Source of the DNA: a plasmid
Direction: 5' to 3' (one strand)
Sequence record: NZ_CP119397.1
DNA length: 64,000 bases
Part shown: in pieces, positions 20,302 through 31,469 of the stretch
How the letters are laid out: each line of letters begins with the position of its first letter
How positions within the stretch are numbered: position 1 is the stretch's first letter
The notes under the pieces: generated by a model
Told to the model about the DNA's origin: nothing
Seen by the model: only the letters and a program-made list of their open reading frames with translations
The model's database searches: none
Made by a program: the position numbers and the translations under genes

Positions 20302-21721
20302 GATAGATCCTTTTAATAGTATTCAGATGCTGGAATATCTCTTCTTTTGGGTAATTGGCATAATGCATCGCTGCAATACGGATAGGATCACCCGCATGGT
20401 ACTTTTCATAAACCATCTGCCGCTGCCCAAAACCGTCACCGCTCAAATCCCATGCCAGATTTAACAGAAAACATCTCTCACCGGCATTTAACGACGTGGT
20501 GCGGAGTGATTCTTCTATGACGGAAGCATTCTCATTGCTGAAATCACCCTGATGCGGCACCGCCAGCATCGAACCGGCAGAAAGTGACTGAATAATTGTG
20601 ACCATCCGCTGATACCATTTAGGAAAATGATACCGGACAGCCTGAATGGCATGAATGCTGGGGTTAAGCAGGTCGTTCTCGCTGACAGCGTCCTGTTCCG
20701 CCAGGAGAATGGCACCCCGCACCAGCTCAAGGCAGGATGTCATCTCGCCTAATTGTTCCCTGACGTTCAGGAAACCGGTGAGCCCCATTTTGTCAGCCAG
20801 TTCGATGGCCACCCCGGTAAGCAGTTCAGCTTTTGACAACCCGCGGACGATCCCCTGGTGCCCGTTATGATTGCGGATGCGCGTTTTGTCATAAAAGGCG
20901 TTGGATTTTTCAACGTCCCGGAAGACAAATACGTCCTGCCAGGGGATAAAGACGTCATTAAACACCATGTAAGCATCTGATTCATCGAACAGGTTTGCCA
21001 CAGGGTGATCGAAAAGGCTGTAACCTGCGTGTTGCAGGGGCTTACGGCATATCAGTTTGACGCCTGATGCCGTCACCGGTACCGCAAAGGCAATGGCAAA
21101 GTCCTCATCGCCGGGCACCAAACCGGGCATGTTGAAAATCAATAATTCATCTGCAATAGGTGCCAGCGTGACGATCATCTTGGCGCCGGAAACCACCATT
21201 CCTTTCTCATCTGATGACACCACACGCACGCCACAGAAATTATTCTTCTGCGAGCCCAGTGGGGTGCCCCGGTCAACCTGCGGGTTGATGGCACCATGAC
21301 CGATAAAAAGATGATGGCGGCGGCATTTTTCATAGTATTTCACCGCATTATCTGAAAAGTCAGCAAATTGTCCTGACCCTAACACGTGGGCATTGTTAGC
21401 CATGGCCGCCAGCGCACAATTGATAAAGTCAGGTGTCCGGCCAAGCATACCGAAAGAGAGGTCGGCAATAGCTTTGTAACTGGCTCTTTTTCTTTTCAGA
21501 TCATCATGATTACGCGGCATCAGGGTGCTGATATGATATGACACCCCGTTTTCCTGATAAGTGAATCTGTCAGGCTGGGATTCCTGCAGATGATAATACT
21601 GCGCAATATTGTCAATCGCCCCCTGAAAGGCCGGTTCCTCAGACACGTCTGTTACCAGCCGGGAATCAATATAAACCTGTCTCGGTGTTTTAACTCTGCG
21701 AAGAAAATCTTCTTTTAACAT
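20270..21721 (-). CDS. HpaB-family flavin-dependent monooxygenase, oxygenase component (two-component system)
   Basis: 483 aa. Length and sequence features resemble 4-hydroxyphenylacetate 3-monooxygenase large subunits. Located next to a Fre-like flavin reductase gene. Confidence 0.7.
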   Translation of the reverse strand: MLKEDFLRRVKTPRQVYIDSRLVTDVSEEPAFQGAIDNIAQYYHLQESQPDRFTYQENGVSYHISTLMPRNHDDLKRKRASYKAIADLSFGMLGRTPDFINCALAAMANNAHVLGSGQFADFSDNAVKYYEKCRRHHLFIGHGAINPQVDRGTPLGSQKNNFCGVRVVSSDEKGMVVSGAKMIVTLAPIADELLIFNMPGLVPGDEDFAIAFAVPVTASGVKLICRKPLQHAGYSLFDHPVANLFDESDAYMVFNDVFIPWQDVFVFRDVEKSNAFYDKTRIRNHNGHQGIVRGLSKAELLTGVAIELADKMGLTGFLNVREQLGEMTSCLELVRGAILLAEQDAVSENDLLNPSIHAIQAVRYHFPKWYQRMVTIIQSLSAGSMLAVPHQGDFSNENASVIEESLRTTSLNAGERCFLLNLAWDLSGDGFGQRQMVYEKYHAGDPIRIAAMHYANYPKEEIFQHLNTIKRIYRDSLCEPRLY

Positions 21722-21733
21722 ATATCGTTCCCA

Positions 21734-22444
21734 CTAGTGATTGTCTGAAATTATTCTTTGTTGATTGACGCCCATTAAGCAAAGTTTATCTTTAAGCATC
21801 TGAAAAAAATTGCGGCCACTGCCTATGTAAAAATTCGACAGAGAGAAATGTGGCTCATGAATCTGCTGAAGTACATGGGTAATGAAGCTGTTGTTCCGGC
21901 CGGCATACGCTTCCTCTATGGACATAAACCTAAAGTCAGCAGATTTTTCTATAAGGGTGTTGAGATACGGCATATCAAAAGGCGTATGTCCCGTCTCATT
22001 TATTGAGATCAATAAAGTTGGCTGTTTACTCTCATTCCCTGCAATATATTCAGCAATACCTCTTACATAGCTATAACCTGAATCGCAGGCAATAAGCACA
22101 TTGCCATAGTCAGACCGTCGCCAGTAGGCATGGCCGCAGGCTTCTGAAATGTATATCTCCTCGCCTGAAAGGATATCCAGGATAATTTTGTGGGAAGCGG
22201 ATAACCACTCATTGAATCTGATCAGTAATTCTACGACAGCCGGATCATTGTCCGAATAAGGGCCTTTCCGGGATAATACCGAAAAGTATCTTCCCGGCCC
22301 CTTACCGCACCTTATCATGACGTACTGTCCGGGTAAGTGAGTAAAGCCGACAACGCTGATTTTGACAATATAAGTATAAGGATCTATTTTTTCAGCTTGC
22401 GCATTTAACGCTTTCAACAATACATGCTGGCTATCACAGACCAT
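21734..22444 (-). CDS. NAD(P)H-flavin reductase (Fre-like, FNR fold), partner of the HpaB-like oxygenase
   Basis: Co-linear with E. coli Fre. GQYVMIR...RYFS matches the RxYS FAD motif, LIACDSGYSYVRGI matches ILIAGGTGFSYARSI, and FYIGSGRNFFQMLKDKLC matches IYIAGRFEMAKIARDLFC. Confidence 0.7.
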   Translation of the reverse strand: MVCDSQHVLLKALNAQAEKIDPYTYIVKISVVGFTHLPGQYVMIRCGKGPGRYFSVLSRKGPYSDNDPAVVELLIRFNEWLSASHKIILDILSGEEIYISEACGHAYWRRSDYGNVLIACDSGYSYVRGIAEYIAGNESKQPTLLISINETGHTPFDMPYLNTLIEKSADFRFMSIEEAYAGRNNSFITHVLQQIHEPHFSLSNFYIGSGRNFFQMLKDKLCLMGVNQQRIISDNH

Positions 22445-23062
22445 CTTATTGACTATCCTGTTCTTAAATTTTTCAGCAGAAAATGATTAATCGGAGATAT
22501 GAAAAGAGAGCCGATTATTGATATTCGAAATCCGGCTTATACTTCATAAAAAAAGAGTCTGTTTCAAATCACGTATTTTGAGAAAAACGGTATACATATT
22601 AATATCTTATTGCAAACAAGATTCATTGCGATAAAAAATGTGATTAAGATCACTTTTCTCCTCCTCGTTTTCCCGGCTCTTACGCAGGATGCCGCCGCCA
22701 TCCATTATTCCGGCATGCTGAATTTTAGGAATATCGCCAAAATAGTGTAGGTAAATCAGCACTAAAACGTCTTAAAGGCCTAGCGATGCAGAACTGAGCA
22801 GCATCGCGGCAGCAATGCCCTTGCTGCCCGATGAATGGAGGGGGCTCATGACAGCATTCGGTATCGCCGGCTAAAGAAGCGGCCGGGAGCAGCTGTATTC
22901 GAAAGTGAGGAAAGAATATTTTCCTTTGTCAGAACAGAAAGCGTCGACTGTTGACTATTGCGGAGGGGGGCTAAGCCAATGCTGCCAGCCGGAATACTGG
23001 ATGCGTTTAAAGCAAAAAATATCAGGCTGGTACACCTGGATTAACCGGCGTACCCCACATTA

Positions 23063-23967
<905 letters not shown>

Positions 23968-24099
23968 TCACGATGGCATACATAGTGGCGCACAGCCCTT
24001 GTTTACCCGGTATTGCACGCCGGGCAAACGGCAGGGTGAGCAGTGTAGCGTAAAAGGGAGGGCCTTCCCCAGCGGGAAAATTGACGGGAAGCGCCGTGA

Positions 24100-24131
24100 T
24101 AAAAGGCTGAATACCCTGTCCGGTATTCAGC
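24100..24131 (-). terminator. Rho-independent terminator of treYZ
   Basis: 10-bp perfect stem (gctgaatacc/ggtattcagc) followed on the minus strand by a U-rich tract, 23 nt after the treY stop. Confidence 0.65.
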
Positions 24132-24153
24132 CTGTGTGGGTTACCCGGTGCCG

Positions 24154-26691
24154 TTATGGCAGGCTGACCAGAATCACCGCGGAGCAGCAATCCACTGACT
24201 CGAGCGTCAGGCGGTCGGTGAGGGCGATCTCCTCCCCGCTGAGGATGTCACGGTAGCGGCGGTTGGCCAGCGCGTCCGGCAGGGCGATGGCCGTCCCGCT
24301 GAAGCGTTGCTTGTGCGGCAGGCTGTTGCTCTCCTGAAGCAGGCCCAGCACCAGGCGCGGGGTGATGACGATCAGCGCATCGTCGCCATTTACCCGCGCA
24401 AAGGTAATGACGTTGCGCGCCCAGGTGCCGGTGGCGGTGAGCGGCAGGTAATCACCTTTGCGGAACAGCGCCGGTTTCTCCTGGCGTAACCGCAGGGTTT
24501 TGGCAATCGCGTGCTGGTTCACCCGGCCGCTCAGCCAGTCCTGCTCCGTGGCCGCCGTGGGCTTCTCAAAGCCGTCCAGCATCTTTTCCAGGGCCGCGAA
24601 ATCCGGCTCGCGCCGGTTGTCCGGGTCAACCAGGCTGAAGTTCAGCGCCTCACTGCCCTGATAAATATCCGGCACGCCCGGCGCGGTGAGTTTTACCACC
24701 GTCTGCGTCAGGCTGTTGACCAGCCCGGCACGGATAAACGGCTGCAGGGTGCTGACGAAATCCTGCAAAAAGGCCGGGTTGTCCGGGGAGAGCAGGTGGC
24801 GGGTATAGTTGAGCACCGCCTCTTCGTAAGCATCATTGCTGTCGGCCCAGTCGGTGCGCAGTTTCGCCTCCCGCAACGCTTTTTCCACAAACGCCAGGAA
24901 CCGCTCCTCCAGCGCCTTCAGGCCCGCGGCATCAGCCGGTTGCAGCCTGACCGGCCAGACACCGGCCAGTGCCTGATAGAGCATCCAGGCACCGGCGGCT
25001 TTGGGGGCCGCGCCATCGTCGAGCATCGAGACTTTCGACTGGTTCATCTGCCGCCAGCGGGCAACGCACTCTGCCCAGCGCGCCGGGGCTTCGGTGAGCG
25101 TGTAGAGCCGCGCGCGGGCATCTTCGCCGCGTTTGGTGTCGTGCGTCGAGGTGCCGGAGAGTGCATCCGGCTGATGATCAAGGCGGGTCTTCATCTCCGC
25201 ATGGAAGCGTTTAAGCGAGAAGTCGCCGGGGATCGGCTCTGCCCCGACCTCATTCAGCGCCAGCTCCATGTTCTGGCGGAAGAACAGCGTATCCTCCACC
25301 GATTTTGCCATCAGCGGGCCGGTAAGCTGCTGGAAGCGGGTGCGGAAGGTTGCCGCCTGCGCGGCTGCGGCATCTGACACCTCGCCGGTCAGGATCTGGC
25401 TGATAAACGCCAGCGCCGCCGGATCGGGCGCATGCGCCCCGGCGTTGACTTTGCTCACGACTTTTTGCAGCAACTGACGGCCTTCCGGCGGCAGCCCGGC
25501 CTGGGTGCCGTAGGTGCGGTAGACCGGGAAGGCGATCAGCAGCTCACGCAGCGCGGCGCGTACTGCCTGCTCATCCTGTTTGCTGCCTTGTGCCCCGGCA
25601 ATCTCCAGCGCAATGCGCAGCAGCGTGGTGAATTCCCCTTCGAAATTCCGGTCCACCATCAGCAGCTTGGCGGCGCGCAATTCGGCTTTCATGTCCACCG
25701 GTTTGCCCACTACCTCGTCATAGGCGTCACGCAGGGTATCGAGCTTGCCGCCGTCCACCAGGGCATCTGAGAGCGCGGCCACGAATTCATAGCCGGTGGT
25801 GCCGGACACCGGCCAGTCCGCCGGTAACTGCTCCCCTTCGCCGAGGATTTTTTCCACGGTGAGGTAGCATTCCGGCCCGGTTTCCCGGCGCAGGCGCTCA
25901 AGATAGGCTTTCGGGTCAGCCAGCCCGTCCACGTGGTCTACCCGCAGCCCGTCCACCGCGCCGGAACGCACCAGTTCCAGGATCAGCCGGTGCGTGTCGT
26001 CAAAGACGGTATCCTCTTCCACCCGCACGCCCACCAGCCCGGTTATCTCAAAGAAACGGCGGTAGGAGAGGTCACGCGGCGCATCACGCCATGACATCAG
26101 CCGCCAGGGCTGGCGCTCATGCAGCGCCGCAATCGCGGCAGGGTCGGTGAGTGCCAGCACCTCGTCTTCGCGATCTGCCCAGGTTTCCGGGTTCAGCGGA
26201 TAAAAACTCTCGTAATAAGCGAGCGCCGGTTTGCCGGTGTCCGGGTCACGTTTCACCGTGATTTCACCGTTCTCCAGCGCGGCCTCAAAAGTGTCGCCCA
26301 GGAACGGCAGGGTCAAACGACGCGACCAGTCGATGTCAAAATGGCGCGCATACCGGCTTTTTTCGCCGTGCTCAATCACGTCATACCACCAGGCATTCTC
26401 CAGCGAGGCCGCCATATGGTTCGGCACGATGTCGAGGATCAGGCCGAGATCGGCGGCTTTCAGCGCCTTGACCATGCGGTCGAAGCCCTCACGGCCGCCA
26501 ATCGCCGGGTCGATCTCGTTGGCGTCGGTCACGTCATAACCGTGGGTGGAGCCGGCAGTGGCGGTAAAGATCGGTGAAGCGTAAAGGTGGCTGATGCCGA
26601 GCCGTTTCAGGTAGGGCACCAGCCCTGCCACGCGGTCAAAGGTCATGCCGTTACGGAACTGGATGCGGTACGTCGCGCTGGGTATCGTCAC
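24154..26691 (-). CDS. treY: Malto-oligosyltrehalose synthase
   Basis: 845 aa. N-terminal TYRIQFRNGMTFDRVAGLVPYLKRLGISHLYASPIF is the TreY signature. Overlaps treZ by 4 nt. Confidence 0.9.
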   Translation of the reverse strand: MTIPSATYRIQFRNGMTFDRVAGLVPYLKRLGISHLYASPIFTATAGSTHGYDVTDANEIDPAIGGREGFDRMVKALKAADLGLILDIVPNHMAASLENAWWYDVIEHGEKSRYARHFDIDWSRRLTLPFLGDTFEAALENGEITVKRDPDTGKPALAYYESFYPLNPETWADREDEVLALTDPAAIAALHERQPWRLMSWRDAPRDLSYRRFFEITGLVGVRVEEDTVFDDTHRLILELVRSGAVDGLRVDHVDGLADPKAYLERLRRETGPECYLTVEKILGEGEQLPADWPVSGTTGYEFVAALSDALVDGGKLDTLRDAYDEVVGKPVDMKAELRAAKLLMVDRNFEGEFTTLLRIALEIAGAQGSKQDEQAVRAALRELLIAFPVYRTYGTQAGLPPEGRQLLQKVVSKVNAGAHAPDPAALAFISQILTGEVSDAAAAQAATFRTRFQQLTGPLMAKSVEDTLFFRQNMELALNEVGAEPIPGDFSLKRFHAEMKTRLDHQPDALSGTSTHDTKRGEDARARLYTLTEAPARWAECVARWRQMNQSKVSMLDDGAAPKAAGAWMLYQALAGVWPVRLQPADAAGLKALEERFLAFVEKALREAKLRTDWADSNDAYEEAVLNYTRHLLSPDNPAFLQDFVSTLQPFIRAGLVNSLTQTVVKLTAPGVPDIYQGSEALNFSLVDPDNRREPDFAALEKMLDGFEKPTAATEQDWLSGRVNQHAIAKTLRLRQEKPALFRKGDYLPLTATGTWARNVITFARVNGDDALIVITPRLVLGLLQESNSLPHKQRFSGTAIALPDALANRRYRDILSGEEIALTDRLTLESVDCCSAVILVSLP

Positions 26692-28475
26692 TGGGAACCT
26701 CCCTGGGAAAAACGGACAAGAATAGAATGCTGCGGCAGGTCATTGCCCGCCTTTGGCCAGGCAAAGATCGCCTCGCCCGGTTGGTCCGGCAGGGGCCGGG
26801 TACTGTCGCCGATGTTCAGCGCCATCGACAGCGTGCCGGCCGGGAACGTCCAGCTCACGGCCACAAAGCCCTCTGCGGTCGTGATGACCTTGCCGCACCG
26901 GCCGCCTGCGGTGGCCAGCAACGGCACCACCTTCTCGCGGCGTACGGCCAGCAGTTGCCGGGTGAAATCCAGCCAGGCGCTGCCCTCTGCGCCGGCGGGT
27001 TTTGCCCAGTCGAGTTTTGACAGGGTGAAGGTGCTTTCGGCGTTGGGGTCGGGCACATCCTCGCCCTCATGCCCGGCGTGGCCCTCGAACTCTTTCGCGC
27101 GCCCCTCGCGCACCGCGTTGGCGAGATCGCCCTGGAAATCGGTAAAGAACAGGAACGGGTTGGTCTCGCCATACTCTTCGCCCATAAACAGCAGCGGGAT
27201 ATGCGGCGACAGCAACAGTGTTGCCAGCAGGACTTTGGTGCGATCGGCCCCGGCCAGCGAAATCAGCCGTTCGCCCTGGGCGCGGTTGCCTATCTGGTCA
27301 TGGTTCTGGATAAAATCCACAAAGGCTTGCGGCGGCTGGCCGGTGCTGTCGACGCCGCGTTTCTCGCCTTTCTGCCGCGAGACTTCGCCCTGATAGACAA
27401 AGCCCTCGGCCAGCGCCCGCGCGACGCGTTTTTCCGGCTCGTCGGCAAAATCCTGGTAATAGGCGTGGGTTTCGCCGGTTGCCAGCACATGCACCGCGTT
27501 ATGGAAATCATCATTCCATTCGCCGGTGAACAACGGCGTGCTGCCGTCTTCATTGCGCGGGTGCAGGAAAATCACGTTGCGGCTGTCTTCGGTGGTGAGG
27601 TGGATTGGCCGGTCAGTGATCTCAGTGCGGATGCGTTCCGCAATCTCGATCAGCACATGTTTGTCCGCACTGTCTTCGATCTGGTCGATGGCGTCGAACC
27701 GCAGGCCGTCCAGGTGGAACTCCTGCAACCAGTAGAGCGGCGCCTCAACAATGTAGTCACGGGTGGCGGCGACATCATAAGCGATGCCCGCGCCCCAGGG
27801 CGTCATGCGATCTTTATGGAAGAAATCGGGTGACAGGGCCGGCAGGTAATTGCCCTCCGGCCCGAAATGGTTCAGCACGATGTCGAGCACCACGGACAGG
27901 CCGTGGCCGTGCGCGGCATCCACAAAGGCTTTGAAATCGTCCGGCGTGCCGTAGGCGGAGTGCGGGGCGTAAAGCAATACGCCGTCATACCCCCAGCCCC
28001 GGTTGCCGCCGAACTGCGACACCGGCAGCACTTCCAGCATGGTGATGCCAAGTTCGGCAAGGTAGGGCAGTTTCTCGATCGCGGCGCGGAAGGTACCTTC
28101 CGGCGTAAAGGTGCCGATGTGCATCTCGTAGACCACCGTCTCTTCCCACGGGCGGCCTTGCCAGCCGCTGTGCTGCCAGCGGTAGCGGGTGGGGTCGATA
28201 ACCAGTGACGGGCCGTTCACATCGGCTTTCTGCGCGCGGGAGGCCGGGTCGGGTATCGTCAGGCCGTCGGCCAGCTGATACTGGTATTCGGTGCCGGGTG
28301 CGATGCCGGTAGCCTGGTGTTCGAACCACCCCTCACCGGCCGGGCGCATGGCAATTTCTTCGCCGGCAAGCCTGAGCGTGACGTTTTCCTGCCCGGATGC
28401 CCAGAGACGGAAGCGAACTGTGTCGGCGGCCACATACTCAGCGCCCCAACGTTTATGAAATGACTTGGACTCCAT
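26688..28475 (-). CDS. treZ: Malto-oligosyltrehalose trehalohydrolase
   Basis: 595 aa GH13 enzyme with an N-terminal CBM48-like region and a catalytic core (GLRFDAIDQI ... EWNDDFHN). Confidence 0.9.
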   Translation of the reverse strand: MESKSFHKRWGAEYVAADTVRFRLWASGQENVTLRLAGEEIAMRPAGEGWFEHQATGIAPGTEYQYQLADGLTIPDPASRAQKADVNGPSLVIDPTRYRWQHSGWQGRPWEETVVYEMHIGTFTPEGTFRAAIEKLPYLAELGITMLEVLPVSQFGGNRGWGYDGVLLYAPHSAYGTPDDFKAFVDAAHGHGLSVVLDIVLNHFGPEGNYLPALSPDFFHKDRMTPWGAGIAYDVAATRDYIVEAPLYWLQEFHLDGLRFDAIDQIEDSADKHVLIEIAERIRTEITDRPIHLTTEDSRNVIFLHPRNEDGSTPLFTGEWNDDFHNAVHVLATGETHAYYQDFADEPEKRVARALAEGFVYQGEVSRQKGEKRGVDSTGQPPQAFVDFIQNHDQIGNRAQGERLISLAGADRTKVLLATLLLSPHIPLLFMGEEYGETNPFLFFTDFQGDLANAVREGRAKEFEGHAGHEGEDVPDPNAESTFTLSKLDWAKPAGAEGSAWLDFTRQLLAVRREKVVPLLATAGGRCGKVITTAEGFVAVSWTFPAGTLSMALNIGDSTRPLPDQPGEAIFAWPKAGNDLPQHSILVRFSQGGSQ

Positions 28476-28740
28476 TCAATTGCCTCTTTTACCCAGAAAA
28501 TAATGGACGGCATCGCGCGGTGCGTGTTCCGCATGCCGTGACGGATTGCCGGGGCTGTGCCGGAATCAGGGAAGGGGAACGATGCCGCCGGTTCCGGTTC
28601 AGACCGTATACGCAGAACAATCATAGACTATGGGGCGGGAAATGAAGTGACGGTGTCACCTTGTGGCGGCAGGAAAGCGGGGAAAATCAGCCTTTGCCGC
28701 CCAGGTATGCCCGCACCGGGTGGCCGGGCATCAATGTCAC

Positions 28741-28983
28741 TTAATGGTAGGTGACATCCTGAATATCCTCTTTGGTGAACCCTTCCGAACGCAGATGCTG
28801 GATGGCTTCCTGCAAGACTTCTTCATCACTGTAATTTTTCGGCAGGGTATTTTGCCAGGCGCACTGGCCTTCGAGACGTTTCTCGCCTTTTTCCTCTGTT
28901 GGGGAGGTAAAGATTTTATAGGTCTTGCCGGTATTCTCATCGGCAGAGAAGATCTCGATACGAATATATTTAGAATCTGACAT
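28741..28983 (-). CDS. Small hypothetical protein (80 aa)
   Basis: ORF with sensible codon usage. No recognisable family. Confidence 0.4.
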   Translation of the reverse strand: MSDSKYIRIEIFSADENTGKTYKIFTSPTEEKGEKRLEGQCAWQNTLPKNYSDEEVLQEAIQHLRSEGFTKEDIQDVTYH

Positions 28984-29558
28984 TTACACTCCTTATAAAC
29001 CGAAAAAAAGAACAGGGATTATTGCTACCACCTTCTTTTAAACATAGTTGCGCCTGCCGGTGAAATCAATGTTTCACCGGGATCCCATGGCCTTGACCTG
29101 TCTGATTGTGCTTTTTTGGTACTAAAATAGTGCACTATTAGTGCCTTTTTATCACTGTTTATGTGCCTGTTATAAAGGCGGGGTTTTTTAGCAGACGTAT
29201 ATTATTTAATAAGAAGGGATGTGTGAAAATAGACATGCCGGTAACATTCATAACCGGCATGTCATTAATGCGATTGGCTCTTAGCTGAAAAATTAAGCGA
29301 ACTTAATGGCGGATTGCTCTCTTTTTTTACCCAGGATATCCATCTCTTTTTCTTTAAGTCCTACTTTTGCAAGCTTATTACCGTCAATACTGGCCCAGAA
29401 TTCTAAAGCGCGTTTTGATGCCGCCAACGCTTTTTCGGAATCAATTTTCTTAGCATGTTTAATCATGATATCTCCGCATAAAACGGCCACCCATTCACAC
29501 AATACTATCGCAGATTTGGTTATTTAACAATCAGTGGGGTATTTGATAATGCCCAGCG

Positions 29559-30119
29559 TTACCCGGCTCTGGATACCTTTGCAACAATGCATTGTTTGAT
29601 GTCGCTTACCGATGAAGACATTTTGTTAAAATCCGACCAGACATCAGCAAAACCATAAGAGCGGTAGCGTGGCTTTGCCTCCTTTGTCGGGTCTTGGATG
29701 ATAACATCTTCAATTTCAAAGAGATCGCAAAATATTGTTGAATAGATCAGCGCAATGATCAGAACATTGCCTGTCAGCGACGTTCGCTCATTTGCAATAA
29801 AATTTTCAAGCATACAGAGAGAAAATTCTGCCCGGCGTGAATCATACTTACAAAGAATCACCGCGTGCAGAGTACTTGGGTGCGCGCAATCAATCACCTT
29901 CAAAGCGATATCAAGGATTCCGTCATTGGCATTTCCGCTATAGTGATCCATTGCCCATGGCCAGTTGAGTTCACTTATATAGTGACCACTTTTAAGCAGT
30001 GCTTTGTCTTCATCACGTAATACATTTAATGAAATATCATGCCAGCCAAAACCCTGGATAATCATTTGAGTCGTGGCAATACATTGGTGATGTATCTCCT
30101 GGATCGATAAGGCACTCAT
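29559..30119 (-). CDS. Hypothetical protein (186 aa) in a low-GC segment next to the integrase remnant
   Basis: ORF only. Lower GC than the core. No domain recognised. Confidence 0.4.
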   Translation of the reverse strand: MSALSIQEIHHQCIATTQMIIQGFGWHDISLNVLRDEDKALLKSGHYISELNWPWAMDHYSGNANDGILDIALKVIDCAHPSTLHAVILCKYDSRRAEFSLCMLENFIANERTSLTGNVLIIALIYSTIFCDLFEIEDVIIQDPTKEAKPRYRSYGFADVWSDFNKMSSSVSDIKQCIVAKVSRAG

Positions 30120-30254
30120 CCCTGGCCATCCTGAGCTGTTTTGCAGCCGCAGAGCATACGCCAGGGAAACACCTTCTTGTCATGATCATTATCAACATGT
30201 CAGGTCATAGCCTTTCCCTTTACGTAATGCTTCAGATTCCCTCTAAACTCACCT

Positions 30255-30289
30255 AAATGATTCCATACTTGGAAGGTATGGAATCATTT
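30255..30289. promoter_or_regulatory. Perfect 14-bp inverted repeat (operator-like) upstream of the integrase gene
   Basis: AAATGATTCCATAC-N7-GTATGGAATCATTT ends 39 nt before the integrase ATG. Confidence 0.5.
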
Positions 30290-30327
30290 TCATAAGCGCG
30301 CTATGCTGAACAAAATCTTACGGAGAA

Positions 30328-31425
30328 ATGGCCATGATCAAAGGCTTCAGTGAAGATAAAGCCGCAGAAAACTGCTCGGCTGAAACCATCGCTTACCTGA
30401 ACGCGACGCTCGCGACCCCGATTGAGCAGCTGGAAGATTATTCCGATAACGATCCGCCGTTCAGCAAAGCGTTCATGCTGTTTACCCGGTTGTCACTGAT
30501 GGTTACACGCCGCCGCCCGGAGCTGGGGGTGCATTGTATTCTGATCCACGTCATGCCGAAAATTGCTGACCTGCCGATCTCAAAAATCACCAAAGTCACG
30601 GTGAACCGGCTGACCAACCCGCTGATTATGCAAGGGAAAATTGTGCAGAGTAAGCGCGTGTTTTCCCTGATGAAACAGTTTCTGGCCTGGTGTGTTTATC
30701 AGGGCTACCTGGAGCAATCGCCGGTTGGGGACATCCCGATCAATAAAGTCGGCGGCACGGCACCCGCGCCCCGCGAGCGCACCCTGTCAGACGCTGAAAT
30801 CTGGGTGTTCTGGCACATCTGGGATTACCACAATGTCAGCGAATCCACCCGCTGGGCTTCCCGGTTGGTGCTGGCCGCCGCGCGCCGCCCGGATGAGGTG
30901 CTGCGCGCCAGGGTCAGCGAGTTTGATCTGGAAAATAACATGTGGAACCAGGGCAACCGCAATAAATCCCACCGTGATCACCGTCTGCCCATCAGCCCGA
31001 TCATGAAACTCTGCATTGAAAAGCTGATTGCGGCGGGTAAAGGCAGTGAATGGCTGGTGCCGTCCAACAAAAAGCCCAACGCGCCGATGTCCAAAGTGGT
31101 GCTCAGCCAAGCGTTACGGCGGATGACCAGTGACCCGACCATGCCGGCGATGGAACCTTTTTCACCACGCGATTTACGCCGGACGGCCAGGAGTTGCCTG
31201 GCGTCACTCAATGTCACCAGCGATGTTTCGCGTAAAATCCTTAACCAGAGTCTGGTCGGGCTGGACCGCACCTATGACCGGCACGACTATATTGAGCAGA
31301 TGCAGGACGCGCTGTGCAAATACTCGGACTTTCTTTTCACATTGATAGAGCATGATGGCGTAGGCGAACTGAACCATAAATACAAAGGCGATCGCCTTGA
31401 TGTGGGAAATAGCCGGTTAGGGTAA
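30328..31425 (+). CDS. Tyrosine recombinase/phage integrase family protein (P4-like, probably degenerate)
   Basis: C-terminal catalytic-domain similarity (box I Arg context RRPDEVLRARVSEF, ...FSPRDLRRTARS..., ...DRTYDRHDY). The usual HxxR and second catalytic His positions appear replaced (S/N), and the N-terminal arm-binding domain is atypical. Confidence 0.6.
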   Translation: MAMIKGFSEDKAAENCSAETIAYLNATLATPIEQLEDYSDNDPPFSKAFMLFTRLSLMVTRRRPELGVHCILIHVMPKIADLPISKITKVTVNRLTNPLIMQGKIVQSKRVFSLMKQFLAWCVYQGYLEQSPVGDIPINKVGGTAPAPRERTLSDAEIWVFWHIWDYHNVSESTRWASRLVLAAARRPDEVLRARVSEFDLENNMWNQGNRNKSHRDHRLPISPIMKLCIEKLIAAGKGSEWLVPSNKKPNAPMSKVVLSQALRRMTSDPTMPAMEPFSPRDLRRTARSCLASLNVTSDVSRKILNQSLVGLDRTYDRHDYIEQMQDALCKYSDFLFTLIEHDGVGELNHKYKGDRLDVGNSRLG

Positions 31426-31450
31426 AATCCACTTTATTTACCCTAACCGG
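31413..31450. terminator. Strong hairpin (14-bp perfect stem) overlapping the integrase stop, between convergent genes
   Basis: ccggttagggtaaa-N10-tttaccctaaccgg. Confidence 0.45.
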
Positions 31451-31469
31451 CGTGAGGCGGAAAAATAGG

